A program made the translations under genes and the position numbers. The notes beneath the pieces are model-generated. The model was not told the DNA's origin. It did not search any database and saw only the letters and a program-made list of their open reading frames with translations. Shown one piece after another: positions 8,838-18,335 of a stretch of 64,000 bases of DNA. Source of the DNA: Streptosporangiales bacterium (GTDB taxonomy: Bacteria > Actinomycetota > Actinomycetes > Streptosporangiales > WHST01); the NCBI GenBank assembly GCA_050698355.1, contig JBOHBN010000006.1, forward strand, positions 13,277-77,276. The letters run 5' to 3'. Position 1 is the first letter of the stretch, and every line of letters starts with the position of its first letter.

Positions 8838-8962
8838 CCGATGACCACGTCGCTCGTTGCCCGAATGACCACGTTATGTGGGGTTGCGCCGCCTTCTCGA
8901 TGCCTGTAGGCCCCGAGAAGGCCGGTTTGGCATCCATAACGTGGTCGTTTGGAGACCGGCGC
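8838..8962 (+). repeat. Family C structured repeat, copy 1 (~125 bp, nested inverted repeats)
   Basis: CCGATGACCACGTC...GAATGACCACGTTATG...GCCTTCTCGATGCCTGTAGGCCCCGAGAAGGC...CATAACGTGGTCGTTTGGAGACCGGCGC. Near-identical to 9322-9443. Confidence 0.85.
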
Positions 8963-8989
8963 CGACGACGTCGCACTCCCGGGTCGCGC

Positions 8990-9304
8990 ATGATGGATCA
9001 TTGCGAGGTGATCCTTGAACATGCCGTCTTGCCCGTCGTGCCTGGCGAGGAGGCGGAGTTCGAAGCCGCCTTCTCCAGGGCCAAAGAGATCATCGCTGGG
9101 ATGCCCGGCTTCCAACAGCTGACCCTGTCGCGATGCATCGAACGGCCGAACACCTACCTCCTGCTCGTCCAGTGGGAGCGGGTCGAAGACCACATCGACG
9201 GCTTTCGTGGCTCACCTCAGTACGAGCAGTGGCGGGCACTGCTGCACCACTTCTACGACCCGTTCCCGACCGTCGAGCACTACGAAGAGCTACTCGCCGT
9301 CTGA
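8990..9304 (+). CDS. Antibiotic-biosynthesis-monooxygenase (ABM) domain protein
   Basis: MMDHCEVILEHAVLPVVPGEEAEFEAAFSRAKEIIAGMPGFQQLTLSRCIERPNTYLLLVQWERVEDH: typical ~100-aa ferredoxin-like ABM. Confidence 0.8.
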   Translation: MMDHCEVILEHAVLPVVPGEEAEFEAAFSRAKEIIAGMPGFQQLTLSRCIERPNTYLLLVQWERVEDHIDGFRGSPQYEQWRALLHHFYDPFPTVEHYEELLAV

Positions 9305-9321
9305 GAGCTACTTGCCAGCCC

Positions 9322-9443
9322 CCGATGACCACGTCTCTTACCGGAATGACCACGTTATGTGGGGCTGCGTCGCCTTCTCGATGCCTGCAGGCCCCGAGAA
9401 GGCCGGTTTGGCATCCATAACGTGGTCATTCGGAGACCGGCGC
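9322..9443 (+). repeat. Family C structured repeat, copy 2 (~122 bp)
   Basis: Same sequence and orientation as 8838-8962 with a few substitutions or indels. Outer stem AATGACCACGTTATG/CATAACGTGGTCATT, inner stem GCCTTCTCG/CGAGAAGGC, apex GCCTGCAGGCC. Confidence 0.85.
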
Positions 9444-9496
9444 AACGCGCGGAAGCGGCGTGGGTGGGCAGCGCCGAGAGTCGAGCCAAACGGGTG

Positions 9497-10021
9497 TCAG
9501 AAGAACCAGTCGATGCGGGCGTAATCGCCGGCGGCGAACTCGCCGAACTGGCCCGAGTAGAAGGTGAGCGGGTCGCCTTCGCGCTCGCAGCTGGCGACGA
9601 CGGCAGCGAGGAAGAGTACGTGGTCGCCCGCGGGGATCTCGCGTTCGGTCGCGCACTCCAAGTGGGCGAGGGCGTCCGGGACGACCGGCACCTTGTGCGT
9701 GCCGTACTCCAGCGGAAGGCCGTCGAAGTGGTCTTCGCCCTGCCGCGCGAACCGCCGGGCGATCTGTTCCTGGCGGGCAGCGACCACGGAGATGGCGAAG
9801 CGCCCGGCCTCCTGCACCGACTCGGTGGTCCGCGCATGTTCCGCGAGGCTGACGAGCAGCAGCGGAGGGGTCAGGGACACCGACGTCAGCGAGTTCACGG
9901 TCATCCCGAACGCGACACCGTCGACCATGGTGGTCACCACCGCCACCCCGGTGGCGAACCGGCCCATGGTGCGGCGGAGCACTGCAGGGTCGATGCCGTC
10001 ACCGAAAGCAGTCATGCCCAC
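9497..10021 (-). CDS. Flavin reductase (HpaC-like NAD(P)H:flavin oxidoreductase)
   Basis: RFATGVAVVTT...GMTVNSLTSVSLTPPLLLVSL, the flavin_reduct family signature. Confidence 0.85.
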   Translation of the reverse strand: MGMTAFGDGIDPAVLRRTMGRFATGVAVVTTMVDGVAFGMTVNSLTSVSLTPPLLLVSLAEHARTTESVQEAGRFAISVVAARQEQIARRFARQGEDHFDGLPLEYGTHKVPVVPDALAHLECATEREIPAGDHVLFLAAVVASCEREGDPLTFYSGQFGEFAAGDYARIDWFF

Positions 10022-10032
10022 TGGTCGCGTCC

Positions 10033-10386
10033 TCAGCTGGGCGACCGGTACCGCACCTCGAAGGTGAGGCAGCCGTCGTCACTGCGCCAGGGACCGTGCT
10101 CCATTCCCGGCCGACGGCACGCGTACATTCCGGCGGTGAACGTCTCGTCGAGCCGCAGGTCGGTGAGCGATCCGGCGATGATGTAGACCTCTTCCCAGAA
10201 GTCATGGGCCTGGACGCCGTTCGGCGTGGTGTCGGTTCCCGGGGTGAACTTCAGCATCCGGCTAGCGACCTTGCCGTCGTCGTCGGTCGCCAGCACGCGT
10301 TCTGTAAGGGTGTCGACGTCGCCGTCGCAGCGGGTGAACCCGATCCCGCTCGTGTCGAAGAACTCGTACTCGGGCTTGGCCATCAA
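10033..10386 (-). CDS. Cupin-domain protein
   Basis: 117 aa with HDFWEEVYIIAGSL...GMYACRRPGMEHGP cupin motifs, between the HpaB-like and reductase genes. Confidence 0.65.
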   Translation of the reverse strand: MMAKPEYEFFDTSGIGFTRCDGDVDTLTERVLATDDDGKVASRMLKFTPGTDTTPNGVQAHDFWEEVYIIAGSLTDLRLDETFTAGMYACRRPGMEHGPWRSDDGCLTFEVRYRSPS

Positions 10387-10394
10387 TCGCGCTC

Positions 10395-11843
10395 CTAGTC
10401 GTTGACGTCGTACGAGTCGAGGAAGGCATCGACGGCCGCGACGGGCTCCTCGAAGCCATAGTTACGGTACGCGTATCCCTTGGCGACGAAGGGCGCTCCC
10501 GCGTAGAACATCTCGTACTGGTGGTGGCGGCCACCGAACTCGCTGCTCACCGCATCCCACACCAGCTTGAACAGCTTCACACGCTCCTCCGCCGGCACTC
10601 CCGGCGACTGGATGTACCGGTCGATGTCGCTGCGAAGCGCCGGGTTGCGCATGTCCTCAACACTAGACGGCACCTGGAGTACGCCGCCACCCACGAGGTC
10701 ACGGACGGTCGCCAGCACTCGCGGGTAGAGCTCCGCCTGCAGGCCCATAGCGCCGTACAGCGATCGTGGTCGTGGTAGCCACAGTCCCGCGTCGTCCGGC
10801 TCCGCCGCGTACTCGGCGGCGAGCACGGCCGACTCGACGAGCGAGGCGATGCTGGCAAGCTCGCCGAGCTTCTCCTGTACGCCGGGAATGCGGTCGGCAC
10901 CGTTGGTCCGCGCCACCTTCATGGCCAGGCCGGCGAGAAACTGCAGCTTGACGGCGAAGCGGATCTGCGCCTGCCAGTTGCCGAGGATGTGCGCGCCTGT
11001 ACCGAAAAACTGCCGGCGTACGCCGTCGACGTCACGGCACACGAAGACGCGCTCCCACGGCACGAACACGTCGTCGAAGACGAGCAGGGCGTCGGTCTCG
11101 TCGTAACGGGTGCTGAGCGGGTAGTCGTAGCGGCTGGTGGCGGCGGTCGCGTACGGACGGCGGCAGTACAGCTTCAACCCCGGCGCCTGTACGGGAACCA
11201 CGAAGCCGAGCGCGAAGTCGCGGTCCTCCGGTGTGAGCGGCTTGATGCACGACACGAAGATCTCGTCGGCAACGGCACCTCCGGTAGCCAGCATCTGCGC
11301 CCCGCGGACGACGATGCCGTCGTCGCGTTCATCGACCACGCCGACCTGGATGAAGTCGCCTTCCCAGGCGTGCGCCGTGGTCGCGCGCGACACCTGCGGC
11401 GGGATGATCGCGTACGACAGGAACAGGCTCTCCCGCGCCGCGCGCTTGTGGTACGCGGTGACGTTGGCGCCGAGGTCTCGCTCGTCGCTACGGAACGCCT
11501 CCGGATGCGCGGCGAAGCCGGCAAGGAAGGACGCCACGTGGTCGAGGCTACGGCCGACCCATCCGTTGGTCCGCCGGGACCAGGTCTCGATCGCGTGGCG
11601 GCGGGCCGTGAGCTGTTCCCTGCTGCGTGGGATGGAGTAGACGAGGTTCGCGCGCTCGCCCGTCTCCGGCGAGTCGTAGACCATGCCGTTCGCCGGATCC
11701 GCGGCGAGGTCGTACAGGTCGGCCACCGTGGCGGTTATCGGTGCAAACGCGGGATGCTTCACTACGTCCTCGACGCGTTCGCCGTCGACGTAGATCTCCC
11801 GGTCGTCCGACAGAGCCGCGAGGTAGTCCCCTCCTGTGCGCAT
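10395..11843 (-). CDS. 4-hydroxyphenylacetate 3-monooxygenase family oxygenase component (HpaB-type, two-component flavin monooxygenase)
   Basis: 482 aa. N-terminal GGDYLAALSDDREIYVDGERVEDVVKHPAF and full-length family-like layout. Substrate unknown. Confidence 0.88.
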   Translation of the reverse strand: MRTGGDYLAALSDDREIYVDGERVEDVVKHPAFAPITATVADLYDLAADPANGMVYDSPETGERANLVYSIPRSREQLTARRHAIETWSRRTNGWVGRSLDHVASFLAGFAAHPEAFRSDERDLGANVTAYHKRAARESLFLSYAIIPPQVSRATTAHAWEGDFIQVGVVDERDDGIVVRGAQMLATGGAVADEIFVSCIKPLTPEDRDFALGFVVPVQAPGLKLYCRRPYATAATSRYDYPLSTRYDETDALLVFDDVFVPWERVFVCRDVDGVRRQFFGTGAHILGNWQAQIRFAVKLQFLAGLAMKVARTNGADRIPGVQEKLGELASIASLVESAVLAAEYAAEPDDAGLWLPRPRSLYGAMGLQAELYPRVLATVRDLVGGGVLQVPSSVEDMRNPALRSDIDRYIQSPGVPAEERVKLFKLVWDAVSSEFGGRHHQYEMFYAGAPFVAKGYAYRNYGFEEPVAAVDAFLDSYDVND

Positions 11844-11957
11844 CAGCTGCTCCCCAGGTCGACGTCATGGATCCGTGTCTACACTTGTCAGGCTCTCACG
11901 GGGCTATAGTGCTGCGAGGGCCCGACGACTCAGCTGATCCGGCGAAATAACGACCAG

Positions 11958-12428
11958 GTGGCACGCGTTGACCACGGCATGCCACTTCAGGGAGAGTACG
12001 CACCCAGCCCGTCGGCGTGGGCTCGCGAGCACGCCGAACAGTTCGAGAACTCAGGTGGGACCGAAGCAACGACCCTGCGCGGCATGGCGATCGTGCTGCT
12101 GACTTCGGTCGGGGTCAAGACCGGCAAGCTGCGCAAGACGCCGCTGATGCGGGTCGAGCACGAGGGCCGGTACGCGATCGTCGCCTCGCTCGGCGGTGCG
12201 CCGAAGAACCCGGTGTGGTACCACAATGTGAAGGCCAATCCGCGCGTGGAACTCCAGGACGGGACGACAAAGCGGGACATGCTTGCCCGCGAGGTCACCG
12301 GCGAGGAGAAGGCGGTCTGGTGGGCCCGTGCCGTCGAGGCGTATCCCGACTATGCGGATTACCAGGAGAGGACGAGCCGGGAGATCCCGGTGTTCGTGCT
12401 CGAGCCGAAGGACGGGCGGGCGGTTTGA
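11958..12428 (+). CDS. Deazaflavin (F420H2)-dependent nitroreductase family protein (Ddn-like)
   Basis: [56 protein letters not shown] is the family signature. An alternative ATG start is at 11979. Confidence 0.85.
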   Translation: MARVDHGMPLQGEYAPSPSAWAREHAEQFENSGGTEATTLRGMAIVLLTSVGVKTGKLRKTPLMRVEHEGRYAIVASLGGAPKNPVWYHNVKANPRVELQDGTTKRDMLAREVTGEEKAVWWARAVEAYPDYADYQERTSREIPVFVLEPKDGRAV

Positions 12429-12429
12429 T

Positions 12430-12491
12430 GATCCGTTTCTCGTGGCCGGAACGCGAAGGTTTCTGCGCGCTACGGCCACAGAAAACGGATC
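12430..12491 (+). repeat. Family A palindromic repeat, copy 1 (hairpin directly after a stop codon, between convergent genes)
   Basis: GATCCGTTTCTCGTGGCCGGAACGCGAAGGTTTCTGCGCGCTACGGCCACAGAAAACGGATC. Outer stem GATCCGTTT/AAACGGATC and a GC-rich inner stem. Confidence 0.85.
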
Positions 12492-12500
12492 ATGGTCAGG

Positions 12501-14138
12501 TCAATGGCCGAAGGCCTCTTGCAACCACCAGGCGCCGTGCTCCGAGGTGACCTTCGCGTCGACGAGAAGCGGCTTGTCCCGCGTGCCCGCTACCCATGTA
12601 CGGACGGCGTCGAGGTCCGGCCGGTGGCGCACCGTGGCGGCGTCGAAGCCGTAACCGCGGCCGATCGAGGCGAGGTCGGTGTCGGGGAACCGGACCGCCG
12701 ACAGGTCGTACCCGTCGGGTGCGAAGTGGTGCACCTCGGCGCCGTAGGCCGCGTCGTTGTAGGCCACTACGACCATCGGCAGGCCGAGCCGGCTGACGGT
12801 CTCCAGCTCCGCCGCGGCCATCAGCAGGCCACCGTCGCCGAGGGCCGCTACCGGCAGCCGCTCGGGCTGTGCCAGGGCCGCGCCGATCGCGGTGGCCAGT
12901 CCCAGGCCCACGGACTGGAACGCTTGGCTGAAGCAGAACCCGTTCTCGTCCGGTACGGACAGGAACATGCTCGGGTAGCCCATGAAGTTCCCCGAGTCGA
13001 CCGCGACCACCCGGTCGGCCGGCAGCAGGTCGTCGAGCCCGATGCTGAGCGTCCGCGGGTCGATGCGGTCAGCGGTGCTCGTGTCGTCGTACGCGGCGTC
13101 GCGCCAGCGGACCCCGTGCGCGATGCGCTCCCGCAGGGCGTCACTGTGGTAGCCAGCCGCGGAGATGCCGTCGGACGCGAGAGCCTGGGACGCGGCGCGT
13201 GCGGTCTCGCGTACACCGCCGTTGACCCCGACCTGGATGTCGCGATGCGCGCCGAGCGCGGTCGGGTCGACGTCGACCTGGGCGACGGTCGCTTCGGGGG
13301 CGATCAGGCGCCCGTGCCGCATCGTCCACATGTTCAACGCGCAGCCCCACCCGACGATCAGGTCGGCGTCACGGATGAGCTCGGCGGCCAGCGGGGATGC
13401 GAAGCCGCCGGAGACATCCAGTGACCAGGGGCTGTCATGGAAGAGGCCTTTGGCGACCGCGCTGGTGGCGAGCAGGGCGCCGCAGGTCTCGGCCAGCTCG
13501 TACAGCGCCGCCTTGCTGTCCGGCCCTCGTGCGCCGCGGCCGGCGACGAAGACCGGCCGCTCAGCCCGACGCAGCGCGTGTACGAGTCCGGCGAGCCCCT
13601 CCTGGTCGGGCTCCGTGGGTGCGCGATCCGGCCGATCGGGTGGCTCGAGCGCCGGTGCCTGCTCGGACTGTACGGGCAGCGGCAGGTTGAGCACGACGGT
13701 ACGGGGACCGTCGAGTGCGGTGTAGTAGGCGGCGGCCGCGGTCTGCACCGCATCGGCGGCTGTAGTGACCCGCATGGGTACGGCCCCTACGGCGGCGGCG
13801 AGCGCCTCCTGATCGACGTAGAAGTTCGACCTGCGGTCGGTCGCCTCCGGAGCCAGCACGACTACCGGGGTCCGGCTCTTCGCCGCCTCGGTGATTCCCG
13901 TCATCGCGTTGGTGAGCCCGCATCCCTGGTGGATCGAGACCGCGGCGACTCGCCCGCTCATCCGCGCGTAGGAGTCGGCCATCGTTGCCGCACCGTTCTC
14001 GTGCCGGGCAGCGACGAACCGTGCTCCACCTTGCACCAACGCATTGGTCACGTGGAAGTTGCCGGAGCCGACCAGACCGAAGACATGGTCGACGCCCAGC
14101 TGCGCGAGGCTCCGGCCGACGGCGGTCGCGACATCCAC
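12501..14138 (-). CDS. Thiamine-diphosphate-dependent enzyme (acetolactate synthase / benzoylformate decarboxylase superfamily)
   Basis: HVFGLVGSGNFHV...ARHENGAATMADSYARMSG...GCGLTNAMTGITEA, and C-terminal GDGGLLM TPP-binding motif. Confidence 0.9.
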   Translation of the reverse strand: MDVATAVGRSLAQLGVDHVFGLVGSGNFHVTNALVQGGARFVAARHENGAATMADSYARMSGRVAAVSIHQGCGLTNAMTGITEAAKSRTPVVVLAPEATDRRSNFYVDQEALAAAVGAVPMRVTTAADAVQTAAAAYYTALDGPRTVVLNLPLPVQSEQAPALEPPDRPDRAPTEPDQEGLAGLVHALRRAERPVFVAGRGARGPDSKAALYELAETCGALLATSAVAKGLFHDSPWSLDVSGGFASPLAAELIRDADLIVGWGCALNMWTMRHGRLIAPEATVAQVDVDPTALGAHRDIQVGVNGGVRETARAASQALASDGISAAGYHSDALRERIAHGVRWRDAAYDDTSTADRIDPRTLSIGLDDLLPADRVVAVDSGNFMGYPSMFLSVPDENGFCFSQAFQSVGLGLATAIGAALAQPERLPVAALGDGGLLMAAAELETVSRLGLPMVVVAYNDAAYGAEVHHFAPDGYDLSAVRFPDTDLASIGRGYGFDAATVRHRPDLDAVRTWVAGTRDKPLLVDAKVTSEHGAWWLQEAFGH

Positions 14139-14143
14139 GGCAC

Positions 14144-14917
14144 TTACCTCTCGACCAGTGCGAGCACCCGCGCGGGACTACCGGAGCCGCCGGCGATGGG
14201 TAGCGGTCCAGCGACGATGACCGCGCCGGTGGGCGGCAGCTGCGCGAGGTTCTGCAGCTGGGTCAAGCCGTACTTGCCGGCACCGTGCATCAGCGAGTGG
14301 CACGGAAACATCGGCTCGAAGCCGCCGGCGGCTCCTGCGTCGGTGCCGACGGTCTCGACACCCAACCCGATGACGGGTGACTCCTCGGCGACCCAGCGCG
14401 CACATTCCGGTGACAGTCCGGGCGTGTGCGAGCCGTTCTCGTCGGCGTTCAGGCACTCTTCCTGCGAGCCTGAACGGGCGTCCCAGCCCGTGCGGTACAG
14501 CAGCCAGCCGTCCTCGGGCAGCGGTCCGTGTTGTTCCTGCCAGTCCCTGACGTGCTCGATCTCGAGTAGGAAGTCCGGGTTATCGGCGACATGGTCGGAG
14601 AAGTCCAGCACCGCCGCCGGCGCGAGGAAACTCGTCACGGGCACCGACCCGATGTCGGGTCGGCCCCGCCCGGACACCCAGTGGTTCGGCGCGTCGAAGT
14701 GCGTGCCGGTGTGTTCCCCCGTACGGAAGTTGTTCCAGTACCACGCCGGCCCACGCTCGTCGTACCGGCTGATCTCCTCCAGCTCGAACCGCGCCGTCTG
14801 GCCGAACTCCGCCGGTAGCTGCAGGACGGGCGTGTCGGCGGTGAGCGGCGCGGTGAGGTCGACGACCTCCACCGAACCCGATGAGATGCTGATGACAAGG
14901 TCCTCCAGGACCGACAT
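14144..14917 (-). CDS. Cyclase-family metal hydrolase (kynurenine formamidase / isatin hydrolase family)
   Basis: GEHTGTHFDAPNHW matches the HxGTHxDxPxH cyclase-family motif. Confidence 0.85.
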   Translation of the reverse strand: MSVLEDLVISISSGSVEVVDLTAPLTADTPVLQLPAEFGQTARFELEEISRYDERGPAWYWNNFRTGEHTGTHFDAPNHWVSGRGRPDIGSVPVTSFLAPAAVLDFSDHVADNPDFLLEIEHVRDWQEQHGPLPEDGWLLYRTGWDARSGSQEECLNADENGSHTPGLSPECARWVAEESPVIGLGVETVGTDAGAAGGFEPMFPCHSLMHGAGKYGLTQLQNLAQLPPTGAVIVAGPLPIAGGSGSPARVLALVER

Positions 14918-14947
14918 GGTCGCCTCCCGTCCTGCGCCGCTGCGGCG

Positions 14948-16120
14948 CTACCTAGAACTTCTTAGCAGCTTTGTCGTGACCTCGAGCAGTATGTCGACGT
15001 CGGCGTGCGTGTTGTGACCATGGCACGCCGCGCGAATCCCACCGATACCCGCAACCCCGCGTACGGATACGTGGACTCCCGCGGAGTGAAGTTGATCGAG
15101 GAGCTCGGCCCGGGACTGCCGGCCACCCGGAGGGCTGAACGTGACGATGGCCGAAGGCGAGCCCACGGGCGTCAGAACGTCCTCGACTCCTGACTCCGCC
15201 AGTCCCTCACGCATCCGGTCGGCCAGCGCCCGTGCCGTGGCCTCGACGTGTCCGATGCCCGTTGTCAGCGTCTCGTCGATCGAAGCGGCCAGCCCGACGG
15301 CGCCGAGCCAGTTCGGAGTGCCGCTGATCTCGAACGCGCTGCCGTCCGTTCGTAGCTGTGCCATGTCGAACGCGTCACGCCCGGGGTCGGCGAGATAGAC
15401 GTTCCACCCGCTTCTCGGTGACTCGAGCGCGAAATACCCCTGGTAGGTCGGGCGCAGCTGTTCCCGCAATTCCTCGCTCATCCACAAGAAGCCGGCGCCG
15501 TACGGGTTGCGCAGCCACTTGTGCCCGCCGGCGACGTACGCGGCGATGCCGCTGTCGGCAGGGCGGCGCGCGATGACCCCAGCCTCCTGGATACCGTCCA
15601 CGACCACGTGCGCTCCGACCCGGTGTGCGGCCTCCGCCACGGCGTCCAGATCCACCGGCATCCCGGACACCTCCTGCACGGCGCTGAGCGCGACCACGCG
15701 AGTCCGCGCATCGAGCCTGGCAGCGAGATCGTCGAGGTGCACCGTGCCCCGCCGCGACGGCACCGGGCGAAGCTCGACGCCGCGAGCCGGAGCGTGCCGC
15801 CACACGGTCGTCAGGCCGAGGAATTCGCAGTCCGGGATCACGACGTTGTCCCCGGCTTCCAGTGCGAGCCCGCCTACGAGAATGCCGAGGCCGTGGGTGG
15901 TGCTGTCCACGAGAGTGACCGACTCGCATCCCACTTCCAGCAGTCGCGCGACGTGGGCGCGCGCGTCGTCGCACAGTGCGAGCCACTCAAGCGCCTGCGA
16001 CGTCGCCGATCCGTCCCCGGCGTCACCGAACCGGCTCGCGGCCGCCTGCACCGCCGACACGACGCCGGCGCTCGGCGGGCTCGCGCAGGCGTGGTCCAGG
16101 TAGTGCCAACTGGCTCCCAT
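14948..16120 (-). CDS. Aminotransferase class V-fold PLP enzyme
   Basis: 390 aa. YLDHACASP N-terminus. AAYVAGGHKWL (PLP lysine context). Confidence 0.85.
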   Translation of the reverse strand: MGASWHYLDHACASPPSAGVVSAVQAAASRFGDAGDGSATSQALEWLALCDDARAHVARLLEVGCESVTLVDSTTHGLGILVGGLALEAGDNVVIPDCEFLGLTTVWRHAPARGVELRPVPSRRGTVHLDDLAARLDARTRVVALSAVQEVSGMPVDLDAVAEAAHRVGAHVVVDGIQEAGVIARRPADSGIAAYVAGGHKWLRNPYGAGFLWMSEELREQLRPTYQGYFALESPRSGWNVYLADPGRDAFDMAQLRTDGSAFEISGTPNWLGAVGLAASIDETLTTGIGHVEATARALADRMREGLAESGVEDVLTPVGSPSAIVTFSPPGGRQSRAELLDQLHSAGVHVSVRGVAGIGGIRAACHGHNTHADVDILLEVTTKLLRSSR

Positions 16121-16122
16121 CG

Positions 16123-17586
16123 CTAGTCCGCGCTACCGCCTGCCGCGACGTCCTGCGCTTCGCTCTCCCTTTCGAGCACCTCGCGCTCTTCCTGGAAGGA
16201 ACGTTCGTCCATGTGCTCGCGGCCCCAACCGGTCAGCGTCGCGAAGAAGAAGACGAACATCAGCGCCCAGCAGTACACGACGTACGGCACCAGGTGGACC
16301 GGGTCGAAGCCGGTCAGGTTCGCATCGCGGACCGTCTTGCCGGCGAGCGAGAACGGGATCAGGACGGCCACGCTGTAGGGCACGAAACCGAGGATGGTCG
16401 TCGACGCCGCGTCGAGGATGTTCCCGCGCCGCCACGGCGCGATGCGAAAGGCGTGACCGAGCCGCCTGGCGTACGGCCCGAGCATCACCATCGTCGGAGT
16501 GCCGGCCGTGGTCAGGGCGTTGACGCCGAGCGTCAGCGTATAGATCGTCACTTCCGCGCTGCGCGGGCTGTGGGCGAGGCGGCGGGACCTCTGGATCAGC
16601 CAGTCGATGAGGCCGCCGGCCTGGAATGTGCCGATCATGCCCATCAAGAAGATGGTGAACACCGCGACGCCGACGAAACCGAGGATGCCGTCGATGATCA
16701 CTCCGCCGGCGGTGAAGCTGGAGCTGTCGACGGTGAGCAGGTCCGACCAGCTGAGCAGGCCCGTCACCAGGCCGAGAGCCATGCCGAAGGCGGTGCTGAC
16801 GAGCAGGGATGCGACGAAGTGCCACCGGCGGACCATGAGCACCATCAGCAGTGCTGGGGCGAGCAGCATGATGAGTCCCTGCGGGTCCGCGTCGACGGAG
16901 CCCCGTTCGGCACCGGCCGACCCGAAGATGCCGACGCCGACGTAGACGGCGAGCGTGACGACTCCGGCGACGGCGGCGTATTTCAACCGCGAGCGGACCA
17001 CCTTCGGCACGGTGGTGCCCTGGGAGTAGGCGGACACGATGGTCGTGTCGGAGACGGGCGCGAGGTTGTCACCGACGAAGGCGCCGCCGATGATCGCGCC
17101 GACGAGGAGCAGCGGGTCGGCCCCGATTCCGAAACCGGCGGGGAACAGTATCGGGGTCACCGCGAGGATCGTCCCGATCGAGGTTCCGGTGGAGATCGAA
17201 AGCACGGACGAGGCGAGGAACGTGACCAGCGGGATCCAGGCAGCGGAGAGGCCGATCGACGTCGCGGCCCAGACGAGCCCTTCGATCACGCCGCTTTGGT
17301 TCAGCATCTCGCCGAAAACTCCGGCGAGGAACCATGCGAGCAGGATGACCGCGAGCATCGGCGAGGCGATCCCCGCGATGAGGGCCTCGACGTACGCCTC
17401 CCGGCTCCGGGCGAGCAGAAGCCCGACGAGCAGGCCGAGCAGCACCATCGGCCAGAACGCTTTGGGCAGCGCGAGCCCGTTGAAGCCGAGTACGAGGATG
17501 CCGGCGAGCATCACCGCGAACGGGATGAAGAGCGCGGGTATCCCGCCCCGGAGTCGCAGTGGGGGCGTGGGCGTGGAACTCGTCAT
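16123..17586 (-). CDS. NhaC-family transporter
   Basis: 487-aa polytopic protein with NhaC-like GVFGEMLNQSGVIEGL and repeated G/A-rich TM segments. The next gene starts 2 nt after its stop. Confidence 0.8.
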   Translation of the reverse strand: MTSSTPTPPLRLRGGIPALFIPFAVMLAGILVLGFNGLALPKAFWPMVLLGLLVGLLLARSREAYVEALIAGIASPMLAVILLAWFLAGVFGEMLNQSGVIEGLVWAATSIGLSAAWIPLVTFLASSVLSISTGTSIGTILAVTPILFPAGFGIGADPLLLVGAIIGGAFVGDNLAPVSDTTIVSAYSQGTTVPKVVRSRLKYAAVAGVVTLAVYVGVGIFGSAGAERGSVDADPQGLIMLLAPALLMVLMVRRWHFVASLLVSTAFGMALGLVTGLLSWSDLLTVDSSSFTAGGVIIDGILGFVGVAVFTIFLMGMIGTFQAGGLIDWLIQRSRRLAHSPRSAEVTIYTLTLGVNALTTAGTPTMVMLGPYARRLGHAFRIAPWRRGNILDAASTTILGFVPYSVAVLIPFSLAGKTVRDANLTGFDPVHLVPYVVYCWALMFVFFFATLTGWGREHMDERSFQEEREVLERESEAQDVAAGGSAD

Positions 17587-17707
17587 GGTCGTTCAGCCCC
17601 CTAGACGAGGGATACCAGGAAGAGATGGACTTCTTCACTCTGACTAAATAAGGTCGACCGTAGAGCGCCCATCGTGCCGTGTCAATGACTGCCGTCGGGA
17701 GGACGCG

Positions 17708-18280
17708 ATGGCCGAAGCGAAGAACGCGGGGCAGGGCGACCATGTCGTGGAGATGCGCATCCGTGCGATCCGGACCGAGCGCGGAATCACGCTGACCGAG
17801 CTGGCGGACCGTACCGCTCTGTCCGCGGGCCTGCTCAGCCAGGTGGAACGGCGCCGGACCAACCCCAGCCTGGAAACGCTACGGCGCATCGCCCGCGTGC
17901 TCGAGGTGCCCATCTTCGATCTGTTCGACGCGGAGGCGAATCCGAACGCGGCGGTGGTGCGCCGTAGTCGGCGCATGCTGGTGCGTTCCCCGCATGGCGG
18001 CATCACCTACACGCGGGTGTCGCCTGGCACCGGTCGGCTCGAGGTGCTCGAAGGCACGCTGGAGCCGGGCGGTGCCTCCTCCGCCGACCCGTGGAGCCAC
18101 CCCTCCGAGGAATGCGTCGTGGTGCTGGAGGGACTGCTCGTCGTTGAGATCGGTGACGACACCTACGAGCTCGCGGCCGGTGACAGCTGCTACTTCGACT
18201 CCCGCCGGCTGCACCGCTACCGCAACCCGACCGACCGGCGGGTGTCCTTCCTCCTGACCGTGACGCCGCCCAGCTATTGA
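17708..18280 (+). CDS. XRE-family HTH regulator with C-terminal cupin domain
   Basis: IRAIRTERGITLTELADRTALSAGLLSQVERRRTNPSLETLRRIARVLEV HTH, plus cupin (GDSCYFDSRRLHRYRN). Confidence 0.85.
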   Translation: MAEAKNAGQGDHVVEMRIRAIRTERGITLTELADRTALSAGLLSQVERRRTNPSLETLRRIARVLEVPIFDLFDAEANPNAAVVRRSRRMLVRSPHGGITYTRVSPGTGRLEVLEGTLEPGGASSADPWSHPSEECVVVLEGLLVVEIGDDTYELAAGDSCYFDSRRLHRYRNPTDRRVSFLLTVTPPSY

Positions 18281-18335
18281 TCGTCTCGCAGGGGCGTATC
18301 CTTTTAGGCATAGTGAAACCGGCGAGAGGCGTGCG

